Source of the DNA: Rhodospirillales bacterium
Lineage (GTDB): Bacteria; Pseudomonadota; Alphaproteobacteria; Reyranellales; Reyranellaceae
Reading direction: 5' to 3'
Length of the DNA: 64,000 nucleotides
NCBI GenBank assembly: GCA_016191685.1
Contig: JACPVT010000215.1
Span: 17,134 to 81,133, forward strand
This document shows, piece after piece, positions 50,060 to 60,760 of the stretch. The translations under genes and the position numbers were made by a program. Position 1 is the stretch's first letter; each line of letters starts with the position of its first letter. Below the pieces are notes generated by a model that worked only from the letters and a program-made list of their open reading frames with translations, made no database searches and had not been told where the DNA came from.

Positions 50060-51241
50060 ATGACCACGGACATCGTCATCGCGAGCGCGGCGCGCACGCC
50101 CATCGGCTCGTTCAACGGCGCCTTCGGCGCCGTCCCGGCCCATGATCTCGGCAAGGCCGCGATCAAGGGGGCGCTGGAACGCGCCCATGTGAAGCCGGAC
50201 GAAGTCGACGAAGTCATCATGGGCCAGATCCTGACCGGCGGTCAGGGCCAGAAGCCGGCCCGACAGGCGGCCATCAATTCCGGCATCCCGGTCGAGAAGA
50301 CCGCGCTCGGCATCAACCAGCTCTGCGGCTCGGGCCTGCGCGCCGTCGCCTTCGGCTGGCAGGCGATCAAGAACGGCGACGCCAACATCATGGTGGTCGG
50401 CGGTCAAGAGAGCATGATCCAGGCGCCGCACGTCGCCCACATGCGCGACGGTACCAAGATGGGCGACTTCAAGATGGTCGACTCCATGATCAAGGACGGC
50501 CTGTGGGACGCCTTCAACGGCTACCACATGGGCAACACCGCCGAGAACGTGGCGCAGAAGTACCAGATCACCCGTCTCGAGCAGGACGCTTTCGCGGCCT
50601 CCTCGCAGAACAAGGCCGAGGCGGCGCAGAAGAGCGGTCGCTTCAAGGACGAGATCGTTCCGGTCACGGTGAAGACCCGCAAGGGCGACGTCGTGGTCGA
50701 TACCGACGAATTCCCGCGCCACGGCACGACCGCCGAAGCGCTCGCCAAGCTGCGCCCGGCCTTCACCAAGGAAGGCGGCTCGGTCACCGCCGGCAATGCC
50801 TCGGGCATCAACGATGGTGCGGCCGCTCTCGTCCTCATGAGTGCTGATGAGGCGAAGAAGCGCGGCATCAAGCCGCTCGCCAGGATCGTGTCGTGGGCGA
50901 CCACCGGCGTCGATCCCAAGGTCATGGGAATCGGTCCGGTGACGGCCTCGCAAGCGGCGCTGAAGAAGGCCGGCTGGACCGTCAAGGACCTCGACCTCGT
51001 CGAAGCCAACGAAGCCTTTGCCGCCCAGGCGCTGGCCGTCGGCAAGGAACTTGGCCTCGACCCGACCAAGCTCAACGTCAACGGTGGCGCCATCGCTCTC
51101 GGCCACCCGATCGGCGCCTCGGGTGCGCGCGTGCTCACCACGCTGCTCTTCGAGATGCAGAAGCGCGACGCCAAGAAGGGCCTCGCCACCCTCTGCATCG
51201 GCGGCGGCATGGGCATCGCCATGTGCGTGCAGCGCGACTAG
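50060..51241 (+). CDS. phaA: Acetyl-CoA C-acetyltransferase (beta-ketothiolase)
   Basis: [47 protein letters not shown]. Confidence 0.95.
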   Translation: MTTDIVIASAARTPIGSFNGAFGAVPAHDLGKAAIKGALERAHVKPDEVDEVIMGQILTGGQGQKPARQAAINSGIPVEKTALGINQLCGSGLRAVAFGWQAIKNGDANIMVVGGQESMIQAPHVAHMRDGTKMGDFKMVDSMIKDGLWDAFNGYHMGNTAENVAQKYQITRLEQDAFAASSQNKAEAAQKSGRFKDEIVPVTVKTRKGDVVVDTDEFPRHGTTAEALAKLRPAFTKEGGSVTAGNASGINDGAAALVLMSADEAKKRGIKPLARIVSWATTGVDPKVMGIGPVTASQAALKKAGWTVKDLDLVEANEAFAAQALAVGKELGLDPTKLNVNGGAIALGHPIGASGARVLTTLLFEMQKRDAKKGLATLCIGGGMGIAMCVQRD

Positions 51242-51262
51242 GCGCTGCGCTTCGCCGCTTTC

Positions 51263-51694
51263 TCAGGGACTGCCGGCGACCGCCTGACCCTTGCGCACCA
51301 GGCGGCGCCCTTCGTCCTGGCGGATCTCCCGAAGCTGGGCGTTTCCGGGAGGCTTGGGTTCGGCCAAAAAGAAGCGGCTCTGCCCGGCATTGACCGTGAT
51401 GATGAGTTCGGTGCTGCCCTGGGTGCCGGATGCCCTGAGATCGTAGAGAGACGGCGCCAGATCGAGGCGCATCCAGGTGAAGCCGGCGAGACTGCCGACG
51501 GGCGATTGGCCATTGGTGATGCCGATTGGAGAGTCATCCTGGCCGGGGTCGTCGCGGATGATGTAGAGCGCGGCCATGCCGTCGTTCGGCTCGTAAAAAG
51601 TCTTGCCGTAGGACTGCCGCCAGGGCGATCCGGGTCCCGAACTACACGCAGCGGCCGACAGGGCCAAGGCAACGACAACCAGCAACTTCTTCAT
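51263..51694 (-). CDS. Putative lipoprotein (DUF2846-like)
   Basis: MKK + hydrophobic stretch + AAAC lipobox; AALYIIR motif. Confidence 0.65.
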   Translation of the reverse strand: MKKLLVVVALALSAAACSSGPGSPWRQSYGKTFYEPNDGMAALYIIRDDPGQDDSPIGITNGQSPVGSLAGFTWMRLDLAPSLYDLRASGTQGSTELIITVNAGQSRFFLAEPKPPGNAQLREIRQDEGRRLVRKGQAVAGSP

Positions 51695-51756
51695 GCGACG
51701 ACCTCCGCCGGCAAGGTCCGACGGCTGCGCTTGCGGGTCAAGCAGGTGGTCAGGCT

Positions 51757-52233
51757 CTAGAGGCCGAGATCGCTGAGGCCGGGATGGTCGGCAGGCCTCG
51801 GTCCGGGGGCGGGCCAGTGGAATTTTCGCTCCTCCGCCGAGATCGGCAGGTCGTTGATCGAGGCGAGGCGGCGCCGCATCAACCCGCGTTCGTCGAACTC
51901 CCAGTTCTCATTGCCGTAGGACCGGAACCAGTGTCCCGAATCGTCGCGCCATTCGTAGGCGAAGCGGACGGCGATGCGATTGCCGCCAAAAGTCCAGAGT
52001 TCCTTGATCAGGCGATAGTCCAATTCCCTGGCCCACTTGCGGGTGAGGAAGGCGGTGATGGCGCTCCGTCCCTGGAAAAACTCGGCCCGGTTCCGCCATA
52101 CGCTGTCGGCGGTGTAGGCAAGCGCGATGCGTTCGGGGTTGCGGCCGTTCCAGCCATCCTCCGCGGCGCGGACTTTTAGCCGGGCAGTCTCTTCGGTGAA
52201 GGGCGGCAGGGGCGGGCGCGGGGCGTCGGTCAT
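51757..52233 (-). CDS. DUF1348 (NTF2/SnoaL-like) protein
   Basis: [38 protein letters not shown]. Confidence 0.9.
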   Translation of the reverse strand: MTDAPRPPLPPFTEETARLKVRAAEDGWNGRNPERIALAYTADSVWRNRAEFFQGRSAITAFLTRKWARELDYRLIKELWTFGGNRIAVRFAYEWRDDSGHWFRSYGNENWEFDERGLMRRRLASINDLPISAEERKFHWPAPGPRPADHPGLSDLGL

Positions 52234-52278
52234 GGCCCCACTTTCGGAGCATCGCGCCGGTCCCGTCAATCCGTGCCG

Positions 52279-53502
52279 TCAATCGGCGCCGGCGAGGGCT
52301 GGCATTGCCCGCAGCCGGGCGAGCGGCGACAGCACGATGACCAGCGTCGAGAGCGCGAAGGCAACGGCGATCAGCAGCAGGGCGCTTTGCAGGCCGGCCT
52401 CGGCGGCCAGGAAGCCGCCGGCGAGGGCGCCCAGCGGGCGGACACCGTAGATCGCCGTCTGCACCGTGGCATTGACCCGGCCCATCAGGGAGAACGGCGT
52501 CACGAGCTGGCGTACCGTCGTCTGGCAGATCAGCCACAGCATCGGCCCGAAGCCCACGAGGAAATAGCCGGCGGCGGCGAGGGCAAAGCCGTTGGCCGTC
52601 CCGGCATGGGCGGGTGCGGCCAGGAACAGGCCGGCTGCCATAACCGAGACGGCCGGTCCGAAGATCAGGGTCGCCAGCGGCGGCAGATGGCGAGAGGAGA
52701 TCGGCGCCGCCAGCGCGCCCAGGATCATGCCGGCGCCATAGGCGGATTGGGCAAGGCCCATGCCCGCGGGATCGAGGCCGAGCGGGCCCAGCGCCAGTGG
52801 CGCCCAGATCGCGAGCAGGGCGAAGAAGGCGAAGTTCCAGAAGATCGCGCACAGGCTGATGCCGCGCAGCAGTTCATGACGGACCACGAACCGGGCGCCG
52901 GCGCGGATGGCCGTCAGGAAGGGCGGACGCGCGGTGCCCGCCGTGGGCGCCGGCACGCGGGGCAGGGCGAGGACACAGGCGAGCGCCAGTGCGGCACCCA
53001 ACGCCGCAAGACCGTAACCCCAGGTCGGCGACAGGTGCTGGGCCAGCAATCCCGCCACGAAAGGGGCGGCGAGACTGACGATGGCGCGGGCCAGTTCCAG
53101 CCGCGCGTTGGCCCGCGGCAGATCGGTCGAGGGCACCAGGCTGGGCAGCAGTGACACCGAGGTCAGCACGTAGATGACGGTTCCCGAGGCCCCGATGAAG
53201 GCCGCGACGCCGAGCAGGCTCGCGACACCCGTCGCGGCGGCGACGACCGCTGCCACCGAGGCCAGCAGGCCGAAGCCGAGAGCTGCGACCAGCAACCGGC
53301 GGCGCGGCAGGCGGTCGACCCAGGCGCCGGCCGGCAGGGAGACCAGCAGCCAGGCGGCACTTTGGGCGGCGACCAGCAGACCGAGCACGCCCGGTCCGGC
53401 TCCCAGGACCAGCGTTGCGGTCAGCGGCAGGGTGGCGAGCGCCAGTTGGTCGGCGGCGTGGGTCCCGGCGGCGGCGCCGAGCAGGGCGGTGAAAGGTTTC
53501 AT
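52279..53502 (-). CDS. MFS transporter
   Basis: AGAWVDRLPRR motif A, LPRANARLE, LMGRVNA; multiple TM segments. Confidence 0.85.
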   Translation of the reverse strand: MKPFTALLGAAAGTHAADQLALATLPLTATLVLGAGPGVLGLLVAAQSAAWLLVSLPAGAWVDRLPRRRLLVAALGFGLLASVAAVVAAATGVASLLGVAAFIGASGTVIYVLTSVSLLPSLVPSTDLPRANARLELARAIVSLAAPFVAGLLAQHLSPTWGYGLAALGAALALACVLALPRVPAPTAGTARPPFLTAIRAGARFVVRHELLRGISLCAIFWNFAFFALLAIWAPLALGPLGLDPAGMGLAQSAYGAGMILGALAAPISSRHLPPLATLIFGPAVSVMAAGLFLAAPAHAGTANGFALAAAGYFLVGFGPMLWLICQTTVRQLVTPFSLMGRVNATVQTAIYGVRPLGALAGGFLAAEAGLQSALLLIAVAFALSTLVIVLSPLARLRAMPALAGAD

Positions 53503-53607
53503 GGTGACCGTTCTATGACCGGCCATCTGCCGTCTCTATCCGGCGCCGGCTTTGAATTCGGACGGAACCGGCTAGAGTGCGCGGGCGGCACGTTTTGGGA
53601 GGAAAAA

Positions 53608-54333
53608 ATGGCTCAAAGAGTTGCAGTGGTCACGGGCGGAACACGCGGCATCGGCGCCGCCGTCTCGCGCATGTTGAAGGACAAGGGATACAAGGTTGCC
53701 GCCACCTACGCCGGCAACGACGCGGCCGCCCAGAAGTTCAAGGCCGAGACCGGCATCGCCGTCTACAAGTTCGATGTCTGCGATTTCGATGCCTGCCAGG
53801 CGGCGGTGACCCAGATCGAAAAAGATCTCGGCCCGGTCGAAGTCCTGGTGAACAACGCCGGCATCACCCGTGACTCCACCATGCGCCGGCTCACGCGCGA
53901 CATGTGGGAGGCCGTCATCGACACCAACCTCGGCTCCTGCTTCAACATGAGCAAGGCTGTGTGGGAAGGCATGAACACCCGCGGCTTCGGCCGCATCGTC
54001 AACATCGGTTCGATCAACGGCCAGGGTGGCCAGTACGGCCAGGTGAACTACGCCGCCGCCAAGTCGGGCATCCATGGCTTCACCAAGGCGCTGGCCCAGG
54101 AAGGCGCCCCCAAGGGCATCACCGTGAACGCCATCGCGCCCGGCTATACCAGCACCGACATGGTTGCCGCCGTGCCGGCCAACGTGCTGGAGAAAATCGT
54201 CGCGAAAATCCCGGTCGGACGGCTGGGCAAGGCCGAGGAGATCGCCAGCGGTGTGGTCTTCCTGGTGGCCGACGACTCCGGCTTTATCACCGGCTCGACG
54301 CTGTCGATCAACGGCGGCCAGCATATGTACTGA
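53608..54333 (+). CDS. phaB: Acetoacetyl-CoA reductase
   Basis: VTGGTRGIG, NNAGITRD, GQVNYAAAKSG, INGGQHMY; GGAGG RBS. Confidence 0.95.
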   Translation: MAQRVAVVTGGTRGIGAAVSRMLKDKGYKVAATYAGNDAAAQKFKAETGIAVYKFDVCDFDACQAAVTQIEKDLGPVEVLVNNAGITRDSTMRRLTRDMWEAVIDTNLGSCFNMSKAVWEGMNTRGFGRIVNIGSINGQGGQYGQVNYAAAKSGIHGFTKALAQEGAPKGITVNAIAPGYTSTDMVAAVPANVLEKIVAKIPVGRLGKAEEIASGVVFLVADDSGFITGSTLSINGGQHMY

Positions 54334-54402
54334 CAATCGGGCGGGAGCCGCCATGATGGGGCCGGCATATTGCCGGCCCTTTTCATTTTGTCGGAGCGAC
54401 CC

Positions 54403-54801
54403 ATGGCCAAGTTGACCGAGTACAAGGACATGAACCCGCGGGCCAAGGCCGTCGTCGAGGGCATTGCCCAGGCGCGCGGCATCGACCCCGCCGACATCAA
54501 CAATGTGTGGAAGGCGCTCGCCCGCCACCCTGACGTCATGGAGCGCTTCGCGGCCGAGATGAAGGCGGTGATGGCGCCGGGCAAGCTCGACGGCCTCACC
54601 AAGGAGCTGATCTATCTCGCGGTGTCGATCGCCAACCAGTGCGACTACTGCATCAATTCGCACGGCTACATGGCGCGCCGGAAGGGCATGAGCGAGGAGA
54701 TGTACGAGGAATTCATGGCCGTCGTGCTTGCCGCACAGAAGGGCAACAAGCTCGCGTCGGGCTATCGTGTCCCGATCGACGCCGCGTTCGAGGAGAAGTG
54801 A
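54403..54801 (+). CDS. Carboxymuconolactone decarboxylase/AhpD family protein
   Basis: TKELIYLAVS...CDYCINSH. Confidence 0.88.
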   Translation: MAKLTEYKDMNPRAKAVVEGIAQARGIDPADINNVWKALARHPDVMERFAAEMKAVMAPGKLDGLTKELIYLAVSIANQCDYCINSHGYMARRKGMSEEMYEEFMAVVLAAQKGNKLASGYRVPIDAAFEEK

Positions 54802-54802
54802 C

Positions 54803-55618
54803 GTGAACGATGCGAAGCCCCCGTCGGAATCGACGATATGGGATGCCAATCTCTACCTGAAGTTCGCCGACCATCGCGTGCGGCCTGCGCTCGACCTGAT
54901 GGGCCGTCTCGATCCGGCCAATGGCGCGCGGCCGGGCCACGCGATCTACGATCTCGGCTGCGGCGCCGGCAACATCTCGCGCATCCTGGCTGAGCGCTTT
55001 CCGGCGGCTGAGATCGTCGGCATCGATTCCTCGGAAGAGATGCTGGCCAAGGCGCGAACCCAGACCGTTGACAGCCGCGTAACCTTTGCCAAGGGCGACC
55101 TTGCGCAATTCAATCCGGGCAAGCCGCCGGGAATCCTCTACAGCAATGCCGCCTATCACTGGCTGGAGGGGCATATCGACATGTTCCCGGGCCTGCTGAA
55201 GCTCCTGCCCTCGGGTGGCCAGCTCGCGATCCAGATGCCGCGCAACCACGAGGCGCCGTCGCACGCTCTGATGCGCACCGCCGCCGAGGCGGGGCCATGG
55301 CGCGGCAAGCTCGCCAACGTGCACACGATCCGGCCGGTGCTGGAGCCCGCGCACTACTACGACGTGCTGAAGCCGCTTTGCTCCGACCTCGAGGTCTGGG
55401 AGACGATCTATCAGCAGCCTCTGACCGGCAAGGATCCGGTGGCCCAGTTCACCGCCGGAACGGGCTTGCGCCCGTTCCTCGACCTGCTGTCGGAGCCGGA
55501 GCGGGCGGCCTTCTACGAAGCCTATACCGCGCTGGTCGCCAAGGCCTATCCGACACGTCCCGACGGCATCACGATCTTTCCCTTCCGTCGGCTGTTCATC
55601 GTGGCGCGCCGCGCATGA
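54803..55618 (+). CDS. tam: Trans-aconitate 2-methyltransferase
   Basis: WDANLYLKF, RPALDL, DLGCGAGN, LAIQMP, GTGLRP, FPFRRLFIVA. Confidence 0.85.
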   Translation: MNDAKPPSESTIWDANLYLKFADHRVRPALDLMGRLDPANGARPGHAIYDLGCGAGNISRILAERFPAAEIVGIDSSEEMLAKARTQTVDSRVTFAKGDLAQFNPGKPPGILYSNAAYHWLEGHIDMFPGLLKLLPSGGQLAIQMPRNHEAPSHALMRTAAEAGPWRGKLANVHTIRPVLEPAHYYDVLKPLCSDLEVWETIYQQPLTGKDPVAQFTAGTGLRPFLDLLSEPERAAFYEAYTALVAKAYPTRPDGITIFPFRRLFIVARRA

Positions 55619-57270
55619 GAGTGAGCCGCCTGCTCGCCATCTTGGCGGTTCTGCTGGCGGCCTGCCGCGTGCAGGTTGGCCTGGCGGCGCCGCAGGCGAT
55701 GGTGGCGGCGGCGCATCCGCTCGCCGTCGAGGCCGGGCTGGAGGTGCTTCGGCGCGGCGGCTCCGCCGTCGATGCGGCGATCGCCGTGCAGATGATGCTG
55801 GGTGTCGTCGAGCCGCACGCCTCGGGCATCGGCGGCGGCGGCTTCCTGCTGCACTACGACGGTGCGACGGGGGCCATTGCCGTCTACGACGGCCGCGAGA
55901 CCGCGCCGGCCGGTGCCATTCCGACGATGTTCCTCGATCGCGACGGCAAGCCGCTGGGCTATCGCGAGGCCGTGGCGTCCGGCATCTCGGTCGGCGTGCC
56001 CGGCGCCTTGGCGATGCTGGAGCTCGCCCACAAGGAACATGGCAAGCTCGCCTGGCGCGACCTGTTTCAGCCGGCAATCGACGCGGCCCGCGACGGCTTT
56101 GCCGTGCCGCCGCGGCTCGCCGCCTGGCTGGGCCGGATGCCGGGACTGCGCGAAGAGCCGGGCATTCGGGCGATCTATTTCAATGCCGACGGTTCGCCCA
56201 AGAAGTCGGGCGACCGGATCGCCAATCCCGAACTCGCCGAGACGATGCGTCTGGTCGCCGACGACGGCGCGCGCGCCTTCTACCAGGGTCCGATTGCCGC
56301 CGAGATGGTGGACCGCGTGCGCAATCATGCGAGGCCCGGCACGCTCTCGCTCGCCGATCTGGCCGACTATCGGCCGATCAAGCGGGAACCGGTGTGCGGG
56401 CCCTACCGGATCTGGGTCGTCTGCGGCATGCCGCCGCCCTCCTCGGGCGGGATCGCGATCCTGCAGGTGCTGGCGCTGCTCGAGCCTTTCGAACTCTGGC
56501 GCGACGTGCCCAACGATCTGAGGTCGGTCCATCTCATTGCCGAGGCGAGCCGGCTCGCCTTCGCCGACCGCGACCGCTACGTCGCCGATCCTGCTTTCGT
56601 GAATGTGCCGACGGCGGGCTTGATCTCGCCAGTCTACATCGCCGAGCGCCGCAAGCTGATGTCGCCGGACCGCAGCATGGGCAAGGTCGGCCCCGGCGTG
56701 CCGCCAGGCTATGTCGAGCGCGGCACCAGCCACATGAGCATCGTCGACCGCTGGGGCAATGCGGTGAGCTTCACCACCACCATCGAGGCTCCGTTCGGTG
56801 CCCAGATCATGGTCCGTGGCCTCCTGCTCAACAACGAACTGACGGATTTCGCGCCGGAGCCTGAGGCGAACGGCAAGCAGGCCGCCAACCGGGTCGAGCC
56901 GGGCAAGCGGCCGCGCTCCTCGATGTCGCCGACCATGGTCCTCGACCGTGACCGCCGCCTCGTGCTGGCCGTGGGCTCGGCGGGCGGGTCGCGCATCGTC
57001 GGCGATACGCTTCACGCCGTGATCGGGGTGCTCGACTGGAACCTGTCGGTTCCTGCAGCCCTCGCGCAACCGCGGGTGAACAACCGCAATGGCCCGACGG
57101 AACTGGAAGCGGGCACGTCGCTGGCCGATCAGGCGGACCGCTTGCGCGCTTTGGGCCATCAAGTACAAGTCCGCGTGCATGAGGGTGGCCTCGCCGGCAT
57201 TCGCCGGGCGGGTGACGGTTGGGAGGGCGGTGCCGATCCCCGTCGCGATGGCGTCTCCCGGGGAGAATAG
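55615..57270 (+). CDS. ggt: Gamma-glutamyltransferase
   Basis: SGIGGGGF, DGRETAP, PPPSSGG, TSHMS nucleophile Thr, LNNELTDF, KRPRSSMSP. Confidence 0.93.
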   Translation: MRVSRLLAILAVLLAACRVQVGLAAPQAMVAAAHPLAVEAGLEVLRRGGSAVDAAIAVQMMLGVVEPHASGIGGGGFLLHYDGATGAIAVYDGRETAPAGAIPTMFLDRDGKPLGYREAVASGISVGVPGALAMLELAHKEHGKLAWRDLFQPAIDAARDGFAVPPRLAAWLGRMPGLREEPGIRAIYFNADGSPKKSGDRIANPELAETMRLVADDGARAFYQGPIAAEMVDRVRNHARPGTLSLADLADYRPIKREPVCGPYRIWVVCGMPPPSSGGIAILQVLALLEPFELWRDVPNDLRSVHLIAEASRLAFADRDRYVADPAFVNVPTAGLISPVYIAERRKLMSPDRSMGKVGPGVPPGYVERGTSHMSIVDRWGNAVSFTTTIEAPFGAQIMVRGLLLNNELTDFAPEPEANGKQAANRVEPGKRPRSSMSPTMVLDRDRRLVLAVGSAGGSRIVGDTLHAVIGVLDWNLSVPAALAQPRVNNRNGPTELEAGTSLADQADRLRALGHQVQVRVHEGGLAGIRRAGDGWEGGADPRRDGVSRGE

Positions 57271-57271
57271 A

Positions 57272-58465
57272 GTGGCCGCGAAGAAACTGCCGAGTGTCCT
57301 GCTGCGCGCCGGCGAAGACCGCCGCGTCCGGTCGGGCCATCCCTGGGCCTTCTCCAACGAGATCCTGATGGATCCCGAGACCAAGGCGCTGCCGCCGGGC
57401 TCGCTCGTGATCCTGCGCACGCCGGGCGGCGAGGCGCTGGGCGTCGCCACCTTCAACCCGCATTCGCTGATCGCGGTGCGACTGCTGACCTCGAATCCCG
57501 AGGCGGTGATCGACGCCCTGTTCTTCGGCCGCAAGCTGGCCAATGCCATGGCGCTGCGCGACAAGCTGGTTGGCGTTCCCTACTACCGCCTGATCCATGC
57601 CGAAGCCGACGGTCTGCCCGGCGTGATCATCGACCGCTTCGGCGACGCCGTGGTCGTCCAGGTGAATTCCGTCGGCATGGAACATCTGACGCCGGTCCTG
57701 CTCGAAGCCATCGAGGCCGAGCTGTCTCCTCGCGTGATCGTGCTGAAAAACGATTCGCCGGTCCGCGAGCTCGAAGGTCTGAAGCGCGAGACGACCATCG
57801 CCAAGGGCGCGCTCGACGGTCCGATCGAGCTGATCGAGAACGATGCGCGCTTCGTGGCCGATCTTTCAGGTGGCCAGAAGACCGGCTGGTTCTACGACCA
57901 GCGCGACAATCGCCGCTTCATGGCGCGCTTTGCGAGGGACGCGCGCGTGCTCGACGCCTATTGCTACAGCGGCGGCTTCGGCGTGCTCGCGGCCAAGCAT
58001 GGCGCCACGTCGGTGACCTGCCTCGACCGCTCGCAGCCCGCGCTCGACTCCGCCGCCAAGGCCGCGGCGCTGAACGGCGTCGCCGACCGCGTGACCTTCC
58101 GCAAGGGCGAGGTCTTCGAGACCCTGGAGAAGCTCGGGCCCGAGGGCCGCAATTTCGATGTCGTGATCTGCGACCCGCCGGCTTTCGTGAAGAGCCGCAA
58201 GGACATCAAGGTGGGCGTCCAGGGCTATCGCAAGATGGTGCGCCTGGCGGCGCCCCTCGTGGCGCCCGGCGGCTTCCTGTTCGTGGCCTCGTGCTCGCAC
58301 CTGGTCGAGCCGCCGCTGTTCGCCGAGCAGGTGCGGCGCGGCCTGCGCGATGCCGGCAAGGGGGCGCGTATCCTGCGCAGCGCCGGTGCGGCACTCGATC
58401 ACCCGGTGCATCCCGGCCTGCCCGAGACCGCCTATCTCAAGGCGATGACCCTGCAGATCGACTGA
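57272..58465 (+). CDS. RlmI-like SAM-dependent rRNA methyltransferase
   Basis: GHPWAFSNE PUA domain, EADGLPG, GQKTGWFYDQR, DPPAF, ETAYLK. Confidence 0.9.
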   Translation: MAAKKLPSVLLRAGEDRRVRSGHPWAFSNEILMDPETKALPPGSLVILRTPGGEALGVATFNPHSLIAVRLLTSNPEAVIDALFFGRKLANAMALRDKLVGVPYYRLIHAEADGLPGVIIDRFGDAVVVQVNSVGMEHLTPVLLEAIEAELSPRVIVLKNDSPVRELEGLKRETTIAKGALDGPIELIENDARFVADLSGGQKTGWFYDQRDNRRFMARFARDARVLDAYCYSGGFGVLAAKHGATSVTCLDRSQPALDSAAKAAALNGVADRVTFRKGEVFETLEKLGPEGRNFDVVICDPPAFVKSRKDIKVGVQGYRKMVRLAAPLVAPGGFLFVASCSHLVEPPLFAEQVRRGLRDAGKGARILRSAGAALDHPVHPGLPETAYLKAMTLQID

Positions 58466-58655
58466 CGATACTCGCCGTCTACGTCGCCTATCTGCGTCGA
58501 TGGGTGCTCAGGGTGGCGCAAATCGATCAGCCCTGCCATTGGCACATGGCGCCGCGGGCCGTAACATATGTGTCTCACGGTCGGCGCGATCTCCGGGATC
58601 CACGGCTGCGGCTGTTGCGTGTCCGCGTATGTCCTGCGATCGCGAGGTTGGCGTC

Positions 58656-58811
58656 ATGATCGGGCTGATCTTTCTGGCGGCAGCCATTGCCATGATGACG
58701 GCTCTGGCCGGCTATCGCGGCGTGTCGATCGGTCTGTTTGGCGTGAGCGCGGCTGTCGCGGTCCTATGGCTCGATCGCTACATGACCGAGCCGTTGAAGC
58801 TGTCGTTCTAG
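58656..58811 (+). CDS. Small membrane protein (DUF5993-like)
   Basis: 51-aa two-TM protein ending MTEPLKLSF, directly before a DsbB-like gene; GAGG RBS. Confidence 0.7.
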   Translation: MIGLIFLAAAIAMMTALAGYRGVSIGLFGVSAAVAVLWLDRYMTEPLKLSF

Positions 58812-58821
58812 GGCAGCCGCC

Positions 58822-59385
58822 GTGGGACCGCTTGTTCGCCTTGGCAATGCCGCCGGCACCGCGGCAATCGCCACCATCCTGATGATCGCCTTCGGGCTGC
58901 AGTTCGGCCTCGAGGAACCGCCGTGTCCGCTGTGCAACCTGCAGCGCGTTGCCTTCGTGCTGTGCGGCTTCGGCTTCCTGCTCAACCTGCGCTTCGGCGT
59001 CCAGCCACTGCATTACGGACTGACCTTGCTCGGCGCGCTGTTCGGCCTGGTCGCGTCGGGCTTTCAGGCGCTGCAGTACATCGCCCCCGGCAGCGCCGGC
59101 CATGGCGCGCCGGTCCTCGGATTGCATCTCTACACCTGGTCGTTGATCCTGTTCTTTGCCGTCATCGCCTGCGTGGCCGCGCTGATGGTCTTCTCCGGCC
59201 GGCCCGAGCACCACAGCAACGATCACCAGTCCGCGCTGCGTTTCCGCGGCGTCTACCGGCTGGCAGCCTACCTGCTCATCGCCGCCACCCTCGCCAACGC
59301 CGCCAACAGTTTCCTGTTGTGCGGGCCGGTCGAATGTTCCGACAATCCGAAAGGCTACTGGATTTCCAAATACCTGCCGTCGTGA
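58822..59385 (+). CDS. Disulfide bond formation protein B family
   Basis: PCPLCNLQR, LGLHLYTWS, second Cys pair CGPVEC. Confidence 0.85.
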   Translation: MGPLVRLGNAAGTAAIATILMIAFGLQFGLEEPPCPLCNLQRVAFVLCGFGFLLNLRFGVQPLHYGLTLLGALFGLVASGFQALQYIAPGSAGHGAPVLGLHLYTWSLILFFAVIACVAALMVFSGRPEHHSNDHQSALRFRGVYRLAAYLLIAATLANAANSFLLCGPVECSDNPKGYWISKYLPS

Positions 59386-59405
59386 GTGCCTGCGAGGTTT
59401 CCGTC

Positions 59406-59897
59406 ATGTCTCTTGGTGTTACCGTCTTGTCGCGTCGTGCGCTGTTCGCCGGCGCTGCCGCCGTCTCCGTCATCGGCGGCGCCCGGGCGCAGGGGGCGGA
59501 CGATCCGGCCCGCCTCGTTGCGATCATGGACAGCTACGCGGCCGGCTTGCGCTCCGGCAACGTCGAGGCGCTGGTCGCACTCTATGCCGCCAACGGTGTG
59601 TTCATGCGCGACAACATGCCGGCGGTCGTCGGCCGCGACGCGCTGCGTCAGGCTTATCGCGAGGTCTTCGCCACCCTCAAGATCGACCTGCGCTTCGCCA
59701 TCCAGGAGACGGAAGTCTGGAATGACATGGCCTGGCTCAGGGCGACGTCGTCCGGCCGCATCAAGGTGCTCGCCTCCGGCGTCGAGTCCGATGACGCTTT
59801 CAACTTGGTGGTCATCTTCCGGCGCGAGGCCGGCGCCTGGAAGATCCGCAATTACATCTATGCCTCCAGCCGGCCGGGGACGGGACCGGCGAAATAG
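59406..59897 (+). CDS. NTF2/SnoaL-like (DUF4440) protein with Tat-like signal
   Basis: SRRALF...ARA signal; LVALYAANGVFM, VVGRDAL, GAWKI. Confidence 0.75.
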   Translation: MSLGVTVLSRRALFAGAAAVSVIGGARAQGADDPARLVAIMDSYAAGLRSGNVEALVALYAANGVFMRDNMPAVVGRDALRQAYREVFATLKIDLRFAIQETEVWNDMAWLRATSSGRIKVLASGVESDDAFNLVVIFRREAGAWKIRNYIYASSRPGTGPAK

Positions 59898-60743
59898 ATG
59901 TCCGACGAACGCTACACGGTAGTCCTGGGAGATCGCCGCTATGCCATCCACCGCAAGTGGGCGCGGCTGCCGGCCGGCGAAAGCTTCGGCTTCCTGTCCG
60001 ACCTGATGGTCGATGGCGAGGGCCGCGTGCACGTGGCGCAACGCGGCACCGACCGGCCGGTCCTGGTGTTCGACCGCGATGGCAGGTTGACGGGGACATG
60101 GGGCGAGGGCCAGCTCGCCGAGCCGCACTATCTCAATCCTGCTTCGGACGGCACGATCCTGGTGGCCGACCGCGATGCCCACCAGGTGCTGCGGTTCGAT
60201 TCTGGCGGTCGCCTCGTGCAGGCCCTGGGCCGGCGCCATTGGCCGTCGCTCGACGCGCCCTTCAATCATCCGACGGCGGCAGCGGAGGCGCCCGATGGCG
60301 AGATCTACGTGGCCGACGGTTACGGCAACTCGAACGTCCATCGCTTTGCCGCGGACGGCACGCTGATCGCCACCTGGGGCAGCCCGGGCGCGGGGGAGGG
60401 CGCCTTCACCACGCCGCATGCCGTGTGGGTCGACCGCTTCGGCAGGGTGTTGGTCGGCGATCGTGAGAACAACCGCGTACAGCTGTTCGACCGCGCCGGC
60501 GCCTTCCTGGCCGCCTGGGGCGATTTCTACCATCCCATGCAGATCTGGGTGGACGATCGCGACATGGTGTTCGTGACCGACCAGATCCCGCGCATCAGCC
60601 TGCTCTCACCCGACGGCAGGCTGGTCGGCCGTTGCCGCGGCGCGATCAATGGCGCGCATGGTCTTTCCGGCGACGCCGAGGGTAATCTCTACCTCGTCGA
60701 GTTGCCGCCGCAGGAAATCACCAAGCTGGAACGGCTGAACTGA
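59898..60743 (+). CDS. NHL-repeat beta-propeller protein (PAL-like)
   Basis: FNHPT, IYVADGYGNSNVHRF, WGSPG, FTTPH, DRENNRVQLF. Confidence 0.85.
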   Translation: MSDERYTVVLGDRRYAIHRKWARLPAGESFGFLSDLMVDGEGRVHVAQRGTDRPVLVFDRDGRLTGTWGEGQLAEPHYLNPASDGTILVADRDAHQVLRFDSGGRLVQALGRRHWPSLDAPFNHPTAAAEAPDGEIYVADGYGNSNVHRFAADGTLIATWGSPGAGEGAFTTPHAVWVDRFGRVLVGDRENNRVQLFDRAGAFLAAWGDFYHPMQIWVDDRDMVFVTDQIPRISLLSPDGRLVGRCRGAINGAHGLSGDAEGNLYLVELPPQEITKLERLN

Positions 60744-60760
60744 GCGTAGGGGTACCGACG

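Noticed and set aside
58466-58655. Intergenic stretch after rlmI-like gene as ncRNA or gene remnant
   Set aside because: No convincing structure, terminator or motif seen.
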